A DNA stretch of 64,000 bases from Prorocentrum cordatum (GCA_963575745.1 CAUYUJ010000269.1:1-64000); one strand, 5' to 3'; shown: positions 1 through 13,099, counted from the first letter of the stretch. The notes: generated by a model not told the origin, from the letters alone. A program made the numbers and translations.

Positions 1-21
1 CCTCCTCCTCCTCTTCCTGCC

Positions 22-54
<33 letters not shown>

Positions 55-180
55 CCTCCTCCTCCTCCTCCTCCTCACTTTCCCTCCTCAATTTCCTTAT
101 TTCTCCTCCTCCTGCTTCTCCTCCTCCTCCTCCTCCCGATCCTCCTCCTCCTCCGCCTCCTCCTCCTCCCTCTCCAAACT
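1..180. repeat. (CCT)n microsatellite
   Basis: Imperfect CCT/TCC run. Similar (CCT)n/(GGA)n tracts at about 13920-14105, 15020-15485, 15960-16140, 32735-32920, 38750-39500 and 60330-60665. Confidence 0.95.
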
Positions 181-339
181 CTCCCTCCCTTTGCGTCTCC
201 CTCTCTCCCTCCTCCCCTCCCTCCCGTTGGGGTGGGGGTTGGGGGGACCGAAATCCAACGTCTTGCAACCAACAGGACGAAGGACTTCTCCGCTTGCGAC
301 CTCTGCGGGCCCCCGCCCGGCCCTGGGACCGCCTACAAC

Positions 340-720
340 GACTTGTCTGTCTGGGAAAGGGTCGGGACTTCTGGAGGCCCTTTTCGTCGGCGGCGAGCCC
401 GGGGGGGGGGAAGTGAAGAAGGGGAGGACCTTCTCAGGAGGCTCGGAAGTCCCCCAGCCTTCTGAGGGAAAGGGTCGGGACTTCTGAAGGCCCTTTTCGT
501 CGGCGGCGAGCCCGGGGGGGAAGTGAAAAAAGGGAGGCATTCTCAGAAGGCTCGGAAATCGCCTGGCCTTCTGATACGTGTCCTGAGCCTTCCCCCCAGA
601 GACGCAGAAAAACACTTCTCGGAAGGCGCGAGGGCTTCTGAGAAGTCCCGGCGGCTTCTGAGCAGACCTTCTCGGCCTCGCTTCCCTCCCTCGCTCGCCG
701 CCGAGTCTGGGACCGAAAAA
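340..720. repeat. Dispersed repeat with core GGCGGCGAGCCC-Gn-AAGTG...CCTTCTCAG(A/G)AGGCTCGGAA
   Basis: Two tandem units here. Related copies at about 3655-4040 and 4476-4860, and reverse-complemented at about 27460-27790. Confidence 0.8.
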
Positions 721-727
721 AAAACGG

Positions 728-734
728 TGATGAA

Positions 735-815
<81 letters not shown>

Positions 816-904
816 AATGATGATGATGCTGATGCTGATGCTGATGATGATGATGATGATGATGATGATGCTGATGCTGATGCTGATGATGATGATGCTG
901 CTGC

Positions 905-943
<39 letters not shown>

Positions 944-1050
944 CGGCGGTGATGGAAGGAGGGGGAGGAGGAGGAAGGAAGGAAGGAGGAGAGACGCGGG
1001 GCGCTGTCTCTTCAAAACGAGGACCCAACACCACAGGCTGGTTGGGAAAA
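728..1050 (+). repeat. (GAT)n tract ending in a conserved hairpin terminus
   Basis: (GAT)n followed by GCGGGGCGCTGTCT..TTCAAA..GACCCAACACCACAGG.TGGTTGG. The same terminus follows a (GAT)n tract at about 30270-30325. Confidence 0.75.
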
Positions 1051-2214
1051 AAGCCATCGAAGCTCGCGGGGGGCGGCTGGAAGGCGCGGGCCCCCGAGCG
1101 GGGCGCCGCAGCATGCTCGCTCCAGGCGTGTGCTCGCCTCGATGCTGGGCCCTCGCGGGTCGACCTGACTCGGGACACGCCGCAGAAAGATGGGATCCGG
1201 TCCTGCTCCCCAGGGGGGGGGGCCAGGGGGGAGTCCTTTTCCTCATCCTCCTCCTCCTCCTCCTCCTCATCCTCCTCCTCCTCCTCCTCCTTCTCCTCCT
1301 CCTCCTTCTCCTTCTCCTCCTCCCCCTCCTGGTCGTCGTCGATGTCTTTCAGGGTCGGCGGCACCGGTCGTCAGGCCTTCACAGTGGGATCGAGGGATCT
1401 GGATGTGCTGCTCCAGGATGTTGCATCCCTTTCGCGAGGCCGGGTCACAATGAACATCACGACAGGAAGTGTTCGGTGGTCGTTCTGGCTTCTGGAGGCC
1501 GCCTTGTGGGCCCCAGGACAAAACCAAAGCGGGGCCAACGGCGATGTTGCTCAACGGTGATGTTGGGAACAAAATGGTGGGAAATCACGACCACACTTTC
1601 CTACACTTCCGATCTGCGAATGGTTCGAGCGAGCATGACACAGCGAATTGCAAGAAAGCGCAAACCACGCGTTCCCACACTACCGAAACCTACATCGCCG
1701 TTACCTGCATCGCCGTTAGCCCGTCTACGGCAAAGCCAAACACTGTCCAAGATGAAAATCCAATCATGGAAAATGTGTGAGGACCTCTGGTCCACGTTGC
1801 GAGAAGATCACGGCGTCGGGGGGAGTGGCCGTCGTGCGTCGACGAGGAGGAGAGGCTTACTCCTCTTCCTCCTCCTCCTCCTCCTCCTCCTCCTCCTCTC
1901 TCGCTCGCTTCCTGAGGGCCAACGGGTCCGATGCCCATGCAATACCTTGAAATACAAGAATCGAAGACAGCGCGCTCCTACCGCGCAAGGGAGGGGGATG
2001 AGGAGGAGGGGCAAGAGAGCAAGGAGGAGGGGCAGGGGGATAAGGAGAAGTCCCCCCCGAGGAGGCTGCCAAGACGTCCTCCTCAGGAGGTCAAGCTCAT
2101 GAGGCCCAGAAGTGGACCTGTCGTACGCCGGCGAGGAGGACCTAGATACCCGATGTTTTGAAGAAGTGAGCCCAGCGCGACCCCAATTAGGGGTCTTTTG
2201 CCTTCCAAGAGCAA

Positions 2215-2965
2215 TCCAACGGAGGTCTGAGCAATGCAATGCTTGGTATTGCTTGGCATTGGTTGGAATCATAACTTGGCGTTGATGTACACTGCTTACC
2301 GTTGCGGAGCATTGTTTGGCATTGATTTGCCTTTCTAGGCCTTGCTTGCCATCGATTGGCATCCTTGCTTGGCATTGCTTGTCAACGCTTAGCATTGATT
2401 GGCCTTGAGAGGCCTTTCTTGACATTTTCTGGCAGTGCGCTGCATTGCTTTCTTCACTGCTTGGTGTTGGTTGGTGCTCCTAGGCGCTTATTGGCATTAC
2501 GTGGCAGTGCTTGGCATTGCGTGGGGTTGCTTGCCATTCATTGTCATTGATTGGCGATGCTTGGCCTTGCTTGGCCTTTCTTGACGTTGCTTGACATTGC
2601 TTTGCTATTCTTGGCATTGTTTGGTGCTGCTTGGCATTGCTTGGCATCGTCTGGCATTTCCAGGCGTTCATTGGCATTGCTTGACAACGCTTGCCATTGC
2701 TTGCCATTGCTTGCCATTGCTGGGCATTGATTGGCATCAATGATTGGCATTACTTTGCATAGCTTGGCATTGCTTAGCACCGCTTGGCATTGCATCGCGC
2801 TACGCTGCATTGTTTCCCAATAGGGAGCCCGTCGGTTGGCCCGGCGGCCCCGTTGCCGTCCGTCGCCGCCACCCCGTTGCACCCCCGCCCGTTCGCATCG
2901 GAAGCTCTGCATTGCTTTGCGTTGCTCTGCATGGTTTTGCATTGCTTTGCCTCGCATTACATTGC
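2215..2965. repeat. Degenerate ~10-bp TTGGCATTGC minisatellite
   Basis: Dozens of TTGGCATTGC/TTGCCATTGC variants in tandem. Confidence 0.9.
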
Positions 2966-3502
2966 TTTACATGGCTTAACTTACCATTTGTTTGCACCAC
3001 CCACGCCTAAACTGCAACACTGTCATTGCGCCACCTAGACTGCACTGCATATTTTGCAAGAAAATACAGCTTGGGGCCCACACTGGCTAACGTGACTGTC
3101 GCAGTACCCGTCAGCTGGAAGAAGCAAGTGGGAGCATGCAGCAGGAAGGCGGAGGATTAAGCAGACTGGCTTCGGGCCTGCCCGAAGACAAGCAGCAACA
3201 ACAACAAAAACATCGACTCCTGAAGTAGGAAGGCGCTTGAAGTAGATTGGGGACCTGGACACCCTAACATACATACTTCTTGAGCAGGGACCGACCGTCC
3301 TGGTACTTGTGAATTCCAAAACCCAGATAGCAAGGCGCCGGAAGGGCGTGTGAAGGCCTCTCGAAGCAGCTCGAGGGGCTCCTGGAGAAAGCATGCATAG
3401 GCCTAATCACGTGATGTTCTTAGACCGACCGGGTGTTCTAAAAACAGTGACACTGTCCTTAGATCATCAAACCCGATGCACTAACATAACCCAGTCTGAG
3501 AC

Positions 3503-5131
3503 AGACATGTTCCAAGAACTTGTCGCGCAAACCACAAAAGCCAGGACGCGTCGCCCCTTCTTGAACTTCCAACGATCGGCGTGCATGGATGCCTCGTGCC
3601 CCGGGAGGCCTCCGAAGATGGCCGCCGCCGTCCCGACCGGACCCGCCCGAGGATCTCTCGGCGGCGAGCCCGGGGGGAAGCGAGAAGGGGTGGGCCTTCT
3701 CAGAAGGCTCGGAAGCCCGCAGGCCATCTGAGAAGCTTTCCAAGCCTCCCCCCAGAAGACACACAGAAGGCTTCTCAGAAGGCGCGAGAGCTTCTGAGAA
3801 GACCTCGCCGCCTTCTGTGAAGGCCTTCTCCTTCTCGGACGCCTGGCGGTTTTGGGGTCATAGCTCGGCTCTCTGGTGGCCGCTCGGAACGATCCAGGCA
3901 CCCCCCGAACGCCCTCGGCGAGGCGCAGCCGCTGGAACGCACCCCGAGGCTGAAAAACCGCCGAGAACCGACGAAAACGTCCGAACACCTCGAACCTCGA
4001 GACCGAAACTTTCCCCTTCTCACTTCCCCCCCTCGCTTGCCCCGCTGGCCGGAGAACACGCCCAAATGGAGAGTCACAGGGACGCGAACCTTCCGCTCGG
4101 AGGGGGGCCCCCCTATACCATAGGTAGGAGAAGGAGGAGGAGGAGGAGGAGGAGGAAGAGGGAGGAGGAGAAGGAAGAGGGAGGAGGAGAAGGAGGAGGA
4201 CTTCTTTTTCACTGTATGCTGCTACCGACGGCACTGCAGGTGAATGCGTGGACGACTGCAGGATGAAGGGTGCCCAGCACCGAAGTTAAAAAGTGCACTG
4301 AAGCAACGACACCAGCACAGAAAAGACATGTTCCAAGAACTTGTCGCGCAAACCACAAAAGCCAGGACGCGTCGCCCCTTCTTGAACTTCCAACGATCGG
4401 CGTGCATGGATGCCTCGTGCCCCGGGAGGCCTCCGAAGATGGCCGCCGCCGTCCCGACCGGACCCGCCCGAGGATCTCTCGGCGGCGAGCCCGGGGGGAA
4501 GCGAGAAGGGGTGGGCCTTCTCAGAAGGCTCGGAAGCCCGCAGGCCATCTGAGAAGCTTTCCAAACCTCCCCCCAGAAGACACACAGAAGGCTTCTCAGA
4601 AGGCGCGAGAGCTTCTGAGAAGACCTCGCCGCCTTCTGTGAAGGCCTTCTCCTTCTCGGACGCCTGGCGGTTTTGGGGTCATAGCTCGGCTCTCTGGTGG
4701 CCGCTCGGAACGATCCAGGCACCCCCCGAACGCCCTCGGCGAGGCGCAGCCGCTGGAACGCACCCCGAGGCTGAAAAACCGCCGAGAACCGACGAAAACG
4801 TCCGAACACCTCGAACCTCGAGACCGAAACTTTCCCCTTCTCACTTCCCCCCCTCGCTTGCCCCACTGGCCGGAGAACACGCCCAAATGGAGAGTCACAG
4901 GGACGCGAACCTTCCGCTCGGAGGGGGGCCCCCCTATACCATAGGTAGGAGAAGGAGGAGGAGGAGGAGGAGGAGGAGGAAGAGGGAGGAGGAGAAGGAG
5001 GAGGACTTCTTTTTCACTGTATGCTGCTACCGACGGCACTGCAGGTGAATGCGTGGACGACTGCAGGATGAAGGGTGCCCAGCACCGAAGTTAAAAAGTG
5101 CACTGAAGCAACGACACCAGCACAGAAAAGA
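3503..5131. repeat. Near-identical ~820-bp tandem duplication
   Basis: AGACATGTTCCAAGAAC starts at 3503 and at 4324. Both copies end CCAGCACAGAAAAGA and differ mainly in the GGA tract. Confidence 0.95.
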
Positions 5132-5277
5132 AAAGGCCAGAGGAGGTTGGAGCACCCTGGGGGTGGGAACCAACACAGAGTCCTCTGGGCAGGTGGCCCC
5201 GCCAGCTCCCAGAGACCCCGAGGGGGGTGGAAGCAAGTGGTGCGGCCGTCAGCGCGCTAAAGCTGAACGACGGGCTC

Positions 5278-7197
5278 CTACCCGGAATCCCACACACGAG
5301 AGCTCTGCTGCGGAGGCAATCCTTTGCGAACTCGCTGCAAAGCCTGCAGCTGCTTAGGGGGAATACGGTGCGGCCCATCCAGGGCCACAACGCAACCAGC
5401 TAACAGGTTGACTGGTCGCTGCGTGGCCCACGCACCACACAAACCACAAAATGTATATTTGCCTTTATGCCACAGCTCATGTGAAGAAGATAGTTGCTGC
5501 CCTGCAATGAAAGCAGGGTGGGATACGAGCACAGGCGGATCTTCCATGCCAAGCCTGATCCAAAGGGCACCATCGATAGGGGCCAGGGGACCAGGCGCAG
5601 ACCACAGGCGGGGGGGCGGGACAGGGGCCCTCGGAGCCAGGGCCGCGCAGGCCGAAAGGACACGGTCCCGAACCCCCCGAGTCTTTTCTTTGGCATGGAG
5701 TCCGCATTCAGAACAGCGCCAGAGACCAGGCGCGCGCAATTCAAAATGGTGCTGCGATCGGCTCACAAAATCTACTCGTTTCTGGCGGAGGGCGAGCAGC
5801 CTCGGAACCTTCGCTTTCACGACCACGCGCTCCTTGTTCTTCGGCTTACTCGCGATCTCCAAAGTGAGAGTGGCAATCCGGAGCAAGACCTGTTTGGCCT
5901 TAAGCTCAAGCGCCAGCAAAGCCTGGCACTGGTGCGCGGGTACCTGATGCGCATCTGCTTTACTGGCGGCGAGCTCGTCCGCTACGCGATTGATATAGAC
6001 ATGATACGGGTCATTGCTTCTCCAAAACCGTTCAAGCTTGTCCGAATTCTCTGCTAAATGTGACGGCACATGCACTAGCTCAAGGGGAACAGACCTCTTA
6101 CTAGCCAACACCCAGAACTCCCACCACAGGTCAGCATTGGCAAGGTGAAGGCAGTGGTCCCTGCCCTTATCATAGGCCTTGACATGATTTATATGGTCAC
6201 ATACAATCACGAGCGATTCAGACCACCTGACATGGCGTACAATCTCCACGAGAGCAGTGAGCTCTGCTCTGGGAACACTCTGGCGGGAGCTGTCACAGAC
6301 ACCTGTAACTCCATGGCTCCAGGAAGGCACTCCGTCCTCATCAACATCCAGGCGAGCAAAACTAAAGGAGACTCTGCGGAGAAGCGTGTGCTGCGACCAC
6401 TGTCCGCCTGCACCATCAGAACCATAGGTTCCGCCAGGGAATGGGGTCGAGGGCTCGCACCCGAGGTACTCCAGAAGGCGAGAGGAAGGAGAGGGAGGAA
6501 GATCCAACCAATCACTGGGAATGAGCCCTCTTCCCCAGAAAATTTGGGCAACCTCGAAATCTGCAAGGGCCTCATGCCGCAGATGCTCAGTGTCAGTCAC
6601 CCAGGCGCTGTCATGACTGGCATTACACATGCATTCCCAAGCCCTGTGCTGAGGGCTCTCGTCGGATCGAAAACATCGCTGACAAACGCTATCGGGAACA
6701 ATGCCACATTCGAATTTGCGCGATTCTGTCCACATGCCTCCGGCCGCAATGGTTCTGACCATTGCTGCCAGACCTGCCTCACCGTCTTTCGTGAGTTTCC
6801 TAGCGTGCTCTCCCACGTGCTGCCAAGAGACTCCTCGCTCAGCACTTTTCCCGAGATAAAACTTAGAGGCCTCCAGCCACTGCATGCTCTCGATGCTGGC
6901 GCTTAAATCCTCCAATAACGGAGTGGCAGGGAAAGATGCATCCTCTACCAAAGCCCAGGAATCTCCCGCTGGATTGATAAATTTGCGAGCGCTGGGGCAA
7001 GACCACCCTATGTGCAACAAGCTCGCCTGCAAGGCTGAAAGTGGGCCCCTCACCCAACTCCAGCCTTTCTTCGCTCTGTCCAACGAGATCTGCCAGGCAG
7101 CTTCAACTCGAGAGAAAAGATTCGGGCGTTTTGCGAGCCGGCCCAGCCACGTGGCTACGAGGCGACGAATGTGGACCTGGACAGGGTCACGGGTCAC
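5278..7197 (-). pseudogene. LINE pol C-terminal part: zinc-binding region, RNase H, CxxC motifs
   Basis: ORF 5278-7251 contains CQRC...HRAWEC, the D/E/D/D RNase H pattern, CSECG and FCGLCGAW. Separated from the RT frame by a 7-bp tandem duplication GGGTCAC at 7184-7197. Confidence 0.88.
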
Positions 7198-9313
7198 GGC
7201 CCGCCCCGAAAGACAGCCTGATAGCAGTGGTCGCACACGTGCCTGGACCACTCACAAGACTACTGGCATGCGCACCTCGGCGCAGCAATCGGAGACTAGA
7301 AGGGCTGATCCCGTGCACTTCAGCAGCCCACATCGCCTTGGGGTAGGCATTAGTAAAATATAACTTCGGCGAACGCTTGTCGGCACGAGTGAAACGCCTT
7401 ATCTTGCCGGCAGCCCGGGCCCCCTTGCTAAACCTATCCTGCCGGACCTTGGCCGCGCGACGATTCAAGAAGGTTGTGTCGTGGCCTAGATCCCTAGCGT
7501 GCAAAACTGCCCCGACGCCTGCCAATGCAGTACCTGCCGCTGCTTGCGAAAGCTGATTCCGCAGCGAAGCATTCGAGGCAAGAAAAACACACTTTGGAAC
7601 TGAGAGCTGGCACTTGGCCTTCAGGAGGCCCCTCACCAACGTGCGAACAACAACAGGGAAGATGCCGAGGATCGACTGCTCAGTTCCGAAGATGCGAAAC
7701 GCGATGTCATCAACCCACTGCCTTAAATGAAGGGCTGCGCTGGCATTAAAAGCGGCATCGCAGGCACTGTAAAGACACGCGCGCGAGAGAGAGACAGCCT
7801 GTCCGCAGCCCGGCAAAACACCTCCCGACGGGAGGACACCTCTGTGAACAGCCTGGTCCAGCGTGAGAAGCCTTGGCCCTAGGTACGCTTCCACGGCGAG
7901 CGCCAAGAGCCGCACTGGATATCCTAAATCCCTGGCAGTTTCGGCCAACGCTGCCATCTCGAGTTGGTCGTGAAATCCCACCAGCCCTTTAGGGCGTGAG
8001 TGGTTTAGAGAGGCCCCCAAGAGGCCCCCAGAGGCCCCAGGAGGCCCCCAAGAGGCCCCCAAGAGGCCCCCAAGAGGCCCCCAAGAGGCCCCAAGAGGCT
8101 CCAAGAGGCCCCCAAGAGGCCCCACGAGGAGCCCGAACGACTCACACCAGGACGAGGGGCCCGAACGACTCACACCACGAAGAGCCCGAACGACTCACAC
8201 CACAAGGAGGGGCCCGAACGACTCACACCAGGACGAGGCGCCCGAACGACTCACACCACGAGGAGCCCGAACGACTCACACCACGACGCGGGCCCCGAAC
8301 GACTCACACCACGAGGAGCCCGAACGAGTCACACCAGGAGGAGGGGCCCGAACGACTCACACCAGGATGAGGGGCCCGAACAACTCACACCACGAGAAGC
8401 CCGAACGACTCACACCAGGACGAAGAGCCCGAACGACTCACACCACGAAGAGCCCGAACGACTCACACCAGGAAGAAGGGCCCGAACGACTCACACCAGG
8501 ACGAGAAACCCCAAACGACTCAAATCACGAGGAGCGCTTTCTCTCCCTCCTCCTCCGCCTCGTCCTTCTCCCGCTCCCCCCACAAGGAGGATGTACAAGG
8601 AGGCGGGAGGAAGGAGGAACAGGGGAGATATGCGGGGCCAAACGGACACACGCCTGAAAAACACGACTGTCGCCATGCTTCGCATGAGTTGCTGTTGTGA
8701 GATGGGCTGGTGGGGATATGCGAAGCGTAAAGAATTTAGCGAGGTCGAGAAGACCCCCTCCGACCATGAACCCTCGAAGGATGGCCAATTCACTTTCCAA
8801 CTCATCCAACCACCCCGCCTCATCAGCCCCGCCGCCCACGGACTTATCCCACACCCCGTGGTGGGCAGAATCCCACTTAGAAATGTACGGGTGCCGTATG
8901 CGTACCAAGACGACATAGGCAAAGCCCATTGAGGCGATGGGGCGGAAGCCTCCGTCAGGCTTATCCAGAAGCGCAACGAAACAGAAAGCCTGGGACAATG
9001 GCAGGGTGGCCGAGCACTCGATATCCGTGAGCAGCGCAACGAACTGCATCTTGGCTTCTACACTGGCCTCCTTGATCAACCGAGGGGGAATCAGGTCAGG
9101 GCCGCGCCCTCGGCCGTCAGGCATTGATTTCAACGCCGCGTCCAACGCATCAAGCGTGATGGGATCTAGAGGCGGGCTTTCACGAGCCAACGACCGCAAA
9201 TCGGCAAGACACTTGCGAGCAGAGTCGGCGGAGTGTTGTTGCCAGTAGCCCGACCACACACGAGCCTGAAACTCCAAACGTTCAGGGACACTGCCAACAA
9301 TATAATCGCCATC
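7187..9313 (-). pseudogene. LINE reverse transcriptase domain interrupted by a 759-bp insertion
   Basis: ORFs 8525-9394 and 7187-8173 are in the same frame. Removing 7977-8735 restores DLAKF-HDQLEMAAL. Confidence 0.9.
7977..8735 (+). mobile_element. Non-autonomous element with inverted ends and internal tandem arrays, inserted in the LINE RT
   Basis: Starts CCCACCAGCCC, has GGGCTGGTGGG near the right end, and a stem CTTCGCAT...ATGCGAAG. Internal arrays of CCAAGAGGCCC and CCCGAACGACTCACACCA. Empty site reconstructable as GTCGTGAAATTTAGC. A related left end lies at about 30364. Confidence 0.75.
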
Positions 9314-10729
9314 CTGGAGGAGAAGGAGGAGGAGGAGAAGAAGGAGCAGGAGGAGGAGGAGAAGGAGCACGGACTCACTGTTGGGCTCACGCAAGACTCC
9401 TGGGCTGGGCTAAGCAGATGGGAGGGTGCGAGCCCAGGGGCCTGGCAAGGCAAGCAGTGGCGCAGGGGCCGGCCGCCACGGAAGTAGTAGGAGGAGGAGG
9501 AGGAGGGAAAGGAGGAAGGAAATGAGGAGGAGGAGGAGGAGGAGAAGGATGAGAAGGAGAAGGAGGACCTCCCCATCCTCCCTTCTGCCCACGTCCGCCT
9601 ATGGTAGTGGTGGTGGGACATCGGTGGGAGAGGGAGGAGGATACCGGCGGAGGACACAGCCTTGAGGCGGCTGGTCCCTGTGTGTGGAAGTGGCCGTGTT
9701 GTGATCGCCGCTCTTCGGTGATGCCTGCCGCCCCTGACTGAGGAGGGCAGAATACAGCGGCTGGCAGCGCAATTCACACGACTGTCTCACCTTTTCGCCA
9801 CATTGCAAATCCACCCCTGATGTGCGCGGTTTTCTTCACTCAGGAGGAGAGACTTGCGCGAAAGCGAAAGTCCTTTGTGGGTGGACGGTGACCGGCTCCG
9901 CGCGGATGGAGCCTTCAGCGAGAAGCTGGAATGGTGGGAAAGGGCAAGACGAGGAGGAGGAGGAGGAGGAGGAGGAGGAGGAGGAGGACGAGGAGGAGGA
10001 GGAGGAGGACGACGACGAGAAGGTGGAGGAGAAGGAGGAGGAATGGTAGTGGTGGTGGAACATCGGCCTATCGCGCTTGCCGAAACCACACGCAACGCCT
10101 GCAGCAGGGTAGGAGGGCGCCGACCACGCACCAAGACCGATCCTGGTGTTTGTTTCTCGACCATTCGGCCTCCGGAGCTTTTCTCGGGCCTAGGGGCAAT
10201 CGTGCGGTCCCGGGAGTGGGGTCCAGAACTCGTGGCCCACGTCGTGAAAAATCACGACGTCGGGGGTCAGGGATGGTATACCAACGCAGTGCATGTGCCT
10301 GGGCCCTTCCTACAGTCAAAATTGATAGCAAGGATGCGCGATAAGGATGCGAGCCCCATGGATGCCCATGTCGCAGCTTTCCGAGCGGAGCTGGCCATTG
10401 AAGTGATTACGGATGGACCGAAGAGCCAAGGATGCAAGGGTACCTTCGGGAAGGTTGCCCATCCTTATCATTGATTTCGACTGTATGTGGGCCCACGAGG
10501 TTGTTGAAGCCGTCCTCCTGGCTAGGCCAGGGGACGTACTTCTAATCTGTGAGCGCGGTAGTCATATGTCCCAGTCCTGGCACAGCAATTAACTGTTTCT
10601 TATCGCCTGCAGTCTCAGCTGACGACAGCGAATGCCGCATTTGCTGGAATGCGTTGCCGTATGATGCAACGATCGACTTCGAGCTTGTTCTTTATGTACC
10701 ACCCCGCAAATGCGGATAAGAGTGAGGGG

Positions 10730-11078
10730 GCGGTCGCGGGTGGGTCGCGGGTGGGTCGCGGGTGGGTCGCGGGTGGGTCGCGGGTGGGTCGCGGGCGAAT
10801 CGCGGGCGGGTCGCGAGCGGGTCGCGGGTGGGTCGCGGGTGGGTCGCGGGTGGGTCGCGGATGGGTCGCCCGTGGGTCGCAGGGTGGTCGGTCGCGGCGT
10901 GGTCGGTCGCGGGTGGGCCGCGGGATGGTCGCGGGTGGGGGTCGCGGGTGGATCGCGGGAGGGTCGTGGTCGGGTCGCGGGCGGGTCGCGGGCGGGTCGC
11001 GGGCGGGTCGCGGGCCGGGTCGCGGGTGGGTCGTGGGCGGGTCGCGGGTCGCGGGTGGGTCGAGGGCCGGTCGCGAGT
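10730..11078. repeat. 11-bp GGGTCGCGGG(T/C) minisatellite
   Basis: Direct tandem G-rich repeat. Confidence 0.92.
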
Positions 11079-11894
11079 AGGACGACGACAACAACTCAAC
11101 GCAACGCAACAACGATCCGCACCGCAAAGCCTACTTCAGCCACCTACACAGGGACAGTGAATGAAAGCTCGCCCCCTCACTCTGATATCTGCGGCAACTC
11201 AGATACAGCCAGATCAAGATTTTCGGACACACTCATCATACAAAGATGTAGTGAGGCTGTCATCCTTTCCCATGGTTCACGAACGCCGTTGACATTCGGA
11301 CAGGGCTGTGGACTCGGCACAGCAGGGCAGATGCCAACTCTCGGTCCCCGGCGCGATCGGTGCCTCACTCTGGGCAAGGATTAGAAGCCTGGAAGTGGGC
11401 ACCAACACCAACACAGGGGGCTGCCTCCACAGGGGTAAGCTGATCCTAGATGTTGGGGCTTGTGGTGATAGTTCGGCCACTTGCAGAGCCCGACGTATTA
11501 CCACGATCACCGAGATCGAAAGCATCCGTCCTCGGTGAAGTCACACCGCCGACCGATCTTGGTCTTGGTGTTGTGGATGCAACGACAATGGACACCCTAA
11601 CAGTCCTATCATTGAATTTTAAATGTGTTAAAAATGTAGGAGCATGCTCTAAACATGATTAAAACATGTTTTTGACATTTTTGAACAGTATTAAATCACT
11701 TTCTAAACATCTGGAAATTAGTTGGCAACATGCTTCCTCTCCATTGGTCGTCCTCCAAAATATTGGTGTAAACCTCTAGGCCTCCGAAAAGATTGTCACG
11801 CGGAACCGACCTGGCCAGCCTTCGGGTGATCGCTTACCCGGGGGGGCAGGAAGGAAGAGCCGTGCGCCTGTCGGGCGCCTGTCGTGCGCCCTTC

Positions 11895-12070
11895 TCAGGA
11901 GGGGAAAAAAACTACACAGACACGATGAATCGTCGATCCCCCAGAACAGATGGGAAACTATTGGAAGTGGGGGGGGGGAAGACAGAAACCCAGAAAATAG
12001 AGGAACATATGGGGAATCTGGATATTTGTGGCTATCTATTTGTGTGTCCCAGCTTCCCTTCCCCTTTCGG
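11895..12070. repeat. Dispersed repeat (CAGGAGGGGAAAAAA..CACAGACACGATGAATCGTCGA family)
   Basis: Reverse-complement relatives at about 26930-27120 and 33175-33340, and a more diverged one at about 57660-57965. Confidence 0.65.
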
Positions 12071-13099
12071 GGCCCGCGGTGGCAGCTCAGGGATCGCTCG
12101 GGGCCCCCGTGGGGCCGACCCTCCTGCACGCCTCCACCCCCCGCGGCGGCCCTGGGCGTCGGCGCCGGGGCTGGTGTCAGCGCTGCCGGCGTCGGTGCTG
12201 CTGCCCGCGGCCATCGCCGTCGACGTCGGCGTCGGCGTCGGCATCGGCGGCGTCGCTGACGTCCCCGAGCCCACGTGCATATGGCCCCCCCCCCCAACAG
12301 GAACGCCCAGCATCGGATCGACAGTTCGGATCGGCGGTCGACCGACACGAGCTGGATCGGCGGAAACTGGCAGCCCGGTCGGGAGAAGGCGCATCGACGG
12401 GCACCGGCAGACCGGTGGGGCCTCCACCGAACAGCCAAAGCCCAGATCCGAATCTGGAGCCGAATCGGACTGGGATCGGCATCTGCCGACATCGCATCGG
12501 GCCGAGTCGGAGGCATCGACACGAGCCCTGCCCCCCGCCCGAACTCCGCACGGCGCGCGCCGTCAGCAGCACCCCTGGGCTCGTCCCCGCAGCCCGCGGC
12601 CTTCGCCCCAAGTCCTCCCGGCCCTTCTGCTGCAGCCTAAGTAGGGAAAACGAACTCTATACACTGACGCCTTTTCCGACCCTGCGCTGAAATTCGCGCA
12701 GGAACGCGGATCCCGGTGTACAAGGGATCCTGGTGTATACGTTTTTCGTGGTTTCCCAGCGAAAACTGGGAAAAAGTATACACCAGACCCCGACGTCGTC
12801 CCCGACCCTCGAAAAGTCGTAGGATTGAAAAACGGCTCGCCACTGGTCATGTATATGTTCCAATTTCCGACTAAAGGGACCTTGTCTGTCCCGTCGCGGC
12901 CCTGTCCGCGTCGAATCCGTGTCGAATCCACGTCGGACTCGCCGGGCCCGTATCGAATCCGTGTCGAATCCGCGGCGAGTCCACGCCAAATCCGCGTCGA
13001 GTCCGCATCGAGCCCGCGCCGGGCACAAGATAACACACACACACACACCAATGTTGGGGACCGGCGAGGTCACCCGAAGATGCCACGGAACGGCCCGTC

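Larger units (their letters stand above)
5006..9315 (-). mobile_element. 5'-truncated non-LTR retrotransposon (LINE) with RT, RNase H and Cys-rich C-terminus
   Basis: RT motifs GPDLIP, LLDKPDGGFRPI, LLDLAKF, GVLPGCGQA, QWVDDI. RNase H motifs GSDGA, SVPRAELTA, IVCDH, HVPSH, NRVADELA. 3' UTR ends CAGTGAAAAAGAAG. Flanked by identical GGAGGAGAAGGAGGAGGA at 4988-5005 and 9316-9333. Confidence 0.92.

Noticed and set aside
8125..8530. CCCGAACGACTCACACCA repeats with variable linkers, superficially CRISPR-like
   Set aside because: Linkers are only about 7-12 nt and related to each other, there are no cas genes, and the context is eukaryotic. It is a minisatellite inside an inserted element.
10230..10595. 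Protein-like plus-strand peptides (VLLICERGSHMSQSW)
   Set aside because: Frames are broken, and part of the region (about 10400-10470) matches a repeat at about 60020-60085. No supportable family.
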